A DNA stretch of 64,000 nt. It comes from Vicinamibacterales bacterium. Lineage in GTDB: Bacteria > Acidobacteriota > Vicinamibacteria > Vicinamibacterales > CAVVIG01. A program made the translations under genes and the position numbers. Shown here piece by piece: positions 61,613 through 64,000 of the stretch (positions are counted from its first letter, which is position 1; every line of letters starts with the position of its first letter). Under the pieces are notes generated by a model. That model was given only the letters and a program-made list of their open reading frames with translations. It did not search any database and was not told where the DNA came from. The stretch is from assembly GCA_965229885.1 (NCBI GenBank), contig CBDDJX010000002.1, positions 202,784-266,783 on the forward strand, written 5' to 3'.

Positions 61613-62638
61613 TTGAGCCTTCGTTCGATGTTGTCGCTGTTTTCGATTGACCTGGCGATCGATCTGGGCACGGCCAATACCTGCGTCTACGCGCGCGGCA
61701 AAGGGATCGTCGTCAACGAGCCGTCGATCGTCGCCATCAACAAGGTGAGCGGCCGCGTCGAGGCGGTCGGCAGAGATGCCAAGGAGATGCTTGGCCGTAC
61801 GCCGGGCAACATCGTCGCCATCAAGCCGATGAAGGACGGCGTCATTGCCGACTTCGAGGTCACCGAGAAGATGCTGGCCTACTTCCTCAAGAGGGCGCAC
61901 AATCGCAACGTGTGGGTCCGGCCGCGCATTGTCATCGGGGTGCCCTCGGAGATCACGCAGGTCGAGAAACGCGCCGTCAAGGACAGCGCGTATCGCGCCA
62001 AGGCCAGCGAAGTGTATCTGGTTGAAGAGGCGATGGCGGCGGCGATCGGCGCCGGCATGCCGATCACCGAGGCGTCGGGCAACATGATCGTGGACATCGG
62101 CGGCGGCACGACCGACATCGCGGTCATCTCGCTTGCGGGCATCGTCTACAGCAAGGCGGTCCGCGTCGCCGGCAACGAGATGGACGAGGCGATCATCCAG
62201 TACGTCAAGAAGACGTACAACCTGCTCGTCGGCGAGCGCACCGCGGAGCAGATCAAGATCGAAATTGGTTCGGCGTTTCCGCTCGAAGAGCGGATGACGA
62301 TGGAGATCAAGGGACGGCACTTGATCGAAGGCGTTCCGAAGACCATTACGGTCAGCGACGAGGAAATCCGCGAGGCGTTGGCCGAAACCGTCAACGTGAT
62401 CGTCGACGCCGTGCGCCTCGCACTCGAGCGGACGCCGCCCGAGCTGTCGGCCGACATCGTCGACCGCGGGATCGTGCTGACCGGCGGCGGGTCGATGCTC
62501 AGAAACCTCAATAAGCGGCTCCGCGAAGAGACGGGGCTGCCGATTGCCATGGCCGAAGATCCGCTATCATCGGTCGTGCTGGGCGCCGGAAAAATGCTCT
62601 CGGATTTCAATCTGCTCCGGAAGATCTCCATCGATTGA
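61613..62638 (+). CDS. mreB: Rod shape-determining protein MreB
   Basis: IDLGTANT, RPRIVIGVPS, DIGGGTT and LTGGG motifs. Confidence 0.97.
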   Translation: MSLRSMLSLFSIDLAIDLGTANTCVYARGKGIVVNEPSIVAINKVSGRVEAVGRDAKEMLGRTPGNIVAIKPMKDGVIADFEVTEKMLAYFLKRAHNRNVWVRPRIVIGVPSEITQVEKRAVKDSAYRAKASEVYLVEEAMAAAIGAGMPITEASGNMIVDIGGGTTDIAVISLAGIVYSKAVRVAGNEMDEAIIQYVKKTYNLLVGERTAEQIKIEIGSAFPLEERMTMEIKGRHLIEGVPKTITVSDEEIREALAETVNVIVDAVRLALERTPPELSADIVDRGIVLTGGGSMLRNLNKRLREETGLPIAMAEDPLSSVVLGAGKMLSDFNLLRKISID

Positions 62639-62740
62639 TGACGTTGCTCTTCACCACGGTGGACACGGACGCGGAGTTCAAGACCTGCCTGCAAGCAGGA
62701 TTGTTCCTCGGTGTCCTCCGGGGTCGGTAGTTCCGGGGAC

Positions 62741-63589
62741 ATGGCGCTTCTCCATATCCGTCACCGAGTCGGTTATCTGTTCCTCGGCGTCATGCTGGGT
62801 CACATTCTGCTGATCTCCGCTCAGGTGAATTCGCGCTCCGACGTCCCGATCATCCAGGCCGTGGTCTTCGGCGCGTTCGCCGAAGTGGAGCGCGCCATCT
62901 CCGCCGGCTTCTCGTCCGCGCGCCGCGTCTGGAGCAGCTACGCGGGCCTGCGCCACGTCAAGAGCCAGAACGAAGCGCTCACCCGTCAGTTGGACGCGGC
63001 CCAGGTCGCGCTGCAGCAGCAGCACGCGCTCGCCGATCGCACGCGAAGTCTCGAGCGGCTGCTCGATTTTCGCGCCCGATCGAACCTGAACACCATCGCC
63101 GCGGAGATTATCGCCGCCGGCGCCGCACCCGATTTCCGGACGTTCACGATTGACAAGGGGACGCGTGATGGAGTGAGCGCCGATATGTCCGTGATCGCGC
63201 CGGCTGGCGTCGTGGGGCGTGTCGTCATGCCGGGCGCGCGCGCGGCGAAGGTGCAGCTGCTTGTCGATCGCAACGCCGCGGCCGGCGCGCTCGTCAAACG
63301 ATCCCGCGCGCAGGGGGTGGTGGCCGGCGGCGGCGCCGATCGACTCCGCATGGACTACGTGTCGGAAGCGGCCGACGTCATCGTCGGAGACCTCGTCGTG
63401 ACCTCGGGCATCGACGGGATTTATCCGAAGGGATACGTCATCGGCCAGGTCGAATCCGTCGAAAGAAGCCGGGGCGCATACACGAAGATCGCCGTCAAGC
63501 CTGCCGTCGATTTCACCAGCTTGGAAGAAGTGCTGGTCGTCCTGACGCCCACCCCCACCCGCGAAATGGCCGAGGGGAGCGTCGAGTGA
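62741..63589 (+). CDS. mreC: Rod shape-determining protein MreC
   Basis: TM plus coiled coil; TIDKG..DGV, GVVGRV and TSG.DGIYPKG motifs; follows mreB. Confidence 0.93.
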   Translation: MALLHIRHRVGYLFLGVMLGHILLISAQVNSRSDVPIIQAVVFGAFAEVERAISAGFSSARRVWSSYAGLRHVKSQNEALTRQLDAAQVALQQQHALADRTRSLERLLDFRARSNLNTIAAEIIAAGAAPDFRTFTIDKGTRDGVSADMSVIAPAGVVGRVVMPGARAAKVQLLVDRNAAAGALVKRSRAQGVVAGGGADRLRMDYVSEAADVIVGDLVVTSGIDGIYPKGYVIGQVESVERSRGAYTKIAVKPAVDFTSLEEVLVVLTPTPTREMAEGSVE

Positions 63590-64000
63590 AGGCCGCCGGA
63601 ATCATCCTGGCCGTTGTCGCGGCGCTTGCGCTCCAGACGACGCTGGCGCGATACGTCCGGGGCACGGTGGCCGTGAATCTGGTGCTCGTGGTCGTGGTGT
63701 ACGTCGCCCTGATGTCGGGGTCCGTGACGGGCCTGCTGGCCGGGACGTTCGCGGGGCTGCTGCAGGACGCCCTGACGACCGGCGTCATCGGGATTGGCGG
63801 GCTGGCCAAGACGCTGGTTGGGTTTCTGACCGGAATCATCGGCACGCAGTTCATCGTGACGCAGCCGCTGCCTAGATTTTGCGTCTTTTTCGGGGTGACC
63901 CTGCTCCATGAGCTCGTCTTCATCGGCCTGTACACGCTGCTGGATCTACGCCATTTTGGGGCGCCATACGCCGCGGTGGTCGGGCAGGCGGCCGGCAACG
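63586..64000 (+). CDS. mreD: Rod shape-determining protein MreD (runs off the window)
   Basis: GTGA overlap with the mreC stop; hydrophobic, NL.LVVVVY, AGLLQDAL and G...LAK.LVG motifs. Confidence 0.88.
   Translation, partial: MKAAGIILAVVAALALQTTLARYVRGTVAVNLVLVVVVYVALMSGSVTGLLAGTFAGLLQDALTTGVIGIGGLAKTLVGFLTGIIGTQFIVTQPLPRFCVFFGVTLLHELVFIGLYTLLDLRHFGAPYAAVVGQAAGN

Overview
A GC-rich bacterial chromosomal window. The gene content and protein style resemble Acidobacteriota, probably Vicinamibacteria-like (inference, not tested). Long housekeeping genes are intact: TRAP DctQM, rsmE, rluD, prfC, amt-glnD-glnK, clpS-clpA, hemD, sppA, a SurA/PpiD-like PPIase, a GGDEF cyclase, mreBCD and tRNA-Leu(CAG). 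They are interleaved with many accessory genes broken by frameshifts, nonsense codons and deletions that fuse unrelated gene ends. An IS-rich patch at about 16.4-25.6 kb carries ISAzo13-, IS630-, IS1202-like, IS1380 and ISNCY-type pieces, plus three full copies and one fragment of an uncharacterised secreted-protein family with DUF6152. Main observations: (1) a C1/serine-cycle-like cluster (sga, hpr-like, gck, 5-formyl-THF cyclo-ligase) with a relic of an H4MPT-pathway formyltransferase (ftr/fhcD); (2) a urease operon reduced to the last codons of ureC, a frameshifted ureF and an intact ureG; (3) two copies of a catalytically deleted IS, each with its own perfect 5-bp target duplication; (4) lesions concentrated in accessory genes, which suggests real ongoing genome decay. 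No CRISPR array or rRNA was seen. All family assignments come from motif recognition by eye, not database searches.
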